Translations under genes and position numbers: made by a program
Part shown: positions 61,901 through 64,000 of the stretch, one piece after another
How positions within the stretch are numbered: the first letter of the stretch is position 1
Layout: every line of letters starts with the position of its first letter
Notes under the pieces: generated by a model
Seen by the model: only the letters and a program-made list of their open reading frames with translations
The model's database searches: none
What the model was told of the DNA's origin: nothing
NCBI GenBank assembly: GCA_044892525.1
Contig: CM097885.1
Coordinates: 1,488,001-1,552,000, forward strand
Direction: 5' to 3'
Length of the DNA stretch: 64,000 nt
Origin: Schmidtea polychroa
Lineage: Eukaryota

Positions 61901-64000
61901 TGTGAATATGCGTGTGNNNNNNNNNNNNNNNNNNNNNNNNNNNNNNNNNNNNNNNNNNNNNNNNNNNNNNNNNNNNNNNNNNNNNNNNNNNNNNNNNNNN
62001 NNNNNNNNNNNNNNNNNNNNNNNNNNNNNNNNNNNNNNNNNNNNNNNNNNNNNNNNNNNNNNNNNNNNNNNNNNNNNNNNNNNNNNNNNNNNNNNNNNNN
62101 NNNNNNNNNNNNNNNNNNNNNNNNNNNNNNNNNNNNTGTGTATATGTGACTGTATGTGTGTATGTGTATATGTGACTGTATGTGTGTGTGTATGTGTATA
62201 TGTGACTGTATGTGTATATGTGACTGTATGTGTGTATGTGTATATGTGACTGTATGTGTGTATGTGTATATGTGACTGTATGTGTGTATGTGTATATGTG
62301 ACTGTATGTGTGTATGTGTATATGTGACTGTATGTGTGTATGTGTATATGTGACTGTATGTGTGTATGTGACTGTATGTGTGTATATGTATATGTGACTG
62401 TATGTGTGTATGTGTATATGTGTGTATATGTGACTGTATGTGTGTNNNNNNNNNNNNNNNNNNNNNNNNNNNNNNNNNNNNNNNNNNNNNNNNNNNNNNN
62501 NNNNNNNNNNNNNNNNNNNNNNNNNNNNNNNNNNNNNNNNNNNNNNNNNNNNNNNNNNNNNNNNNNNNNNNNNNNNNNNNNNNNNNNNNNNNNNNNNNNN
62601 NNNNNNNNNNNNNNNNNNNNNNNNNNNNNNNNNNNNNGTGTATATGTGACTGTATGTGTGTATGTGTATATGTGACTGTATGTGTGTATGTGTATGTGTG
62701 ACTGTATGTGAATATGTGTGTATGTGTATATGTGACTGTATGTGTGTATGTGTGTGTATGTGTATATGTGACTGTATGTGTGTATGTGTATATGTGACTG
62801 TATGTGTGTATGTGTGTGTGTATGTGTATATGTGACTGTATGTGTGTATGTGTATATGTGTGTATATGTGACTGTATGTGTGTATGTGTATATGTGACTG
62901 TATGTGTATGTGAATATGTGTGTAGGTGTATATATATGTGTGTGTGTATATGTGACTATGTACAAATTCCTAGATGTCATCACCAGCAGGAGCAGCAGAA
63001 CGGCAACTGATATTGAATATCTGGTGCATGAATCCCGGCATTGCATTCAAGGAGATCTCTGCCAATTGCCATTCAATCATCCTCACCAGCGGCACACTCA
63101 ATCCCACCGCATCATTCCAGCTGGAGCTACAATGTCAGTTCCAAACGATATTCGAGGCGCCTCACGTTGTCAGCACCGACCGTACCTTCCTGGCTAGCAT
63201 CAGTCGCGGCCCCACCAACAAGCAGATCCAGGCCGTTTTCAGCAACATCGAGAAGTTTGAATTCAAGGACGAGCTGGGCAGGATGATCCTAGAGTGCTGC
63301 AAGGTTTCACTGTTCAATGATTCAATCGCTTTTATCATCACTCATCATTTAGGTGGTACCCAACGGGGTGCTTTGCTTCCTATCCTCGTTTACATATATG
63401 ATCGGCCTGTTGAACCGGTGGCAGGTAGCGATTTTTGTTTTCTCATGTAACCATTATCTTTCTGAGCATTTCGATAACGCTATGCCCACCAATCACCTGC
63501 TGCCACTCATCAGTGGATTCGCATGTGATTGGCCATATTACATTCATTCTGCGGTTAACCCAGCACCATTACTGTTCAATGTGACTGCTGCATTATCTCT
63601 GCATCATATCTGCATCATATCAGCATTATATCGGCATTATATCTGCATTATGTCAGCATTACATCTGCATCATATCAGCATTATATCGGCATTATATCTG
63701 CATTATGTCAGCATTACATCTGCATCATATCAGCATTATATCGGCATTATATCTGCATTATGTCAGCATTACATCTGCATTATATCTGCATTATATCGGC
63801 ATTATAACAGTATTATATCGGCATTATGTCAGCATTACGACTGCATCATATCTGCATTATATCAGCATTATATCGGCATTATATCGGCATTATATCAGCA
63901 TTATATCTGCATTATATCAGCATTATGTCAGCATTATATCTGCATTTTATCAGCATTATATCGGCATTGTATCAGCATTATATCTGCATTATGTCAGCAT
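58995..64000 (+). CDS. BRIP1: FANCJ/BRIP1 Fe-S DEAH helicase, 3' end beyond the window
   Basis: [25 protein letters not shown]|[22 protein letters not shown]; [20 protein letters not shown] (FANCJ-type rather than RTEL1 YASRTHSQ); [16 protein letters not shown]; [17 protein letters not shown]; [13 protein letters not shown]; FEFKDELG; GVLCFL. Confidence 0.9.
59740..60010. repeat. Intronic ~10-11-bp satellite (ATATTGATTAT)
   Basis: Direct inspection. Confidence 0.9.
61910..62960. repeat. Intronic TG/TA-rich satellite (~26-bp TGTGACTGTATGTGTGTATGTGTATA), with two N-gaps
   Basis: Direct inspection. Confidence 0.9.
63595..64000. repeat. Intronic 11-bp satellite (ATATCDGCATT)
   Basis: Direct inspection; continues past the window end. 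Confidence 0.9.

Noticed and set aside
61790-63046. ORFs of up to 415 aa rich in H/T/Y or C/V
   Set aside because: Translations of a TG/TA satellite and N-gaps inside a FANCJ intron.
58995-64000. RTEL1 or DDX11 identity
   Set aside because: [19 protein letters not shown] and FEFKDELG fit FANCJ better than RTEL1 (ASRTHSQL) or DDX11; a phylogeny would confirm.

Overview
Eukaryotic, AT-rich, repeat-rich genomic DNA with spliceosomal introns, either tiny (45-70 bp) or inflated by satellites. There are four N-gaps (22469-22606, 50856-51016, 61917-62136, 62446-62637). The host cannot be named from the sequence alone. The left ~44 kb is mostly nested transposons: scrambled NeSL/Utopia-like restriction-like-endonuclease (REL) non-LTR fragments, a decayed 4.5-kb Ty3/gypsy element with 115-bp LTRs, IS630/Tc1 and Zator remnants, a BEL/Pao remnant, a very young 7.65-kb Ty3/gypsy element, an intact hAT (hATm-like) transposon and broken Maverick/Polinton-type DNA polymerase B pieces. 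Within this region lies an intact paralog of WDHD1/AND-1/Ctf4 that lacks the N-terminal WD40 domain. The right ~20 kb holds host genes: a beta-propeller-like gene, a small coiled-coil gene, full-length WDHD1 and FANCJ/BRIP1, which runs off the window end. The most striking observation is that two unrelated LTR retrotransposons each carry a 76-residue ubiquitin fold ending in Gly-Gly directly upstream of Gag. The fusion is intact in the young gypsy element, where a hydrophobic segment precedes it inside a 932-aa ORF. In the BEL remnant it is restorable by a single G. This suggests Gag released by host deubiquitinases. Two candidate structured RNAs also stand out: twin UGUA hairpins, and a three-copy hammerhead-like/UUCG motif. 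All family assignments come from motif recognition by eye; no database search was run.
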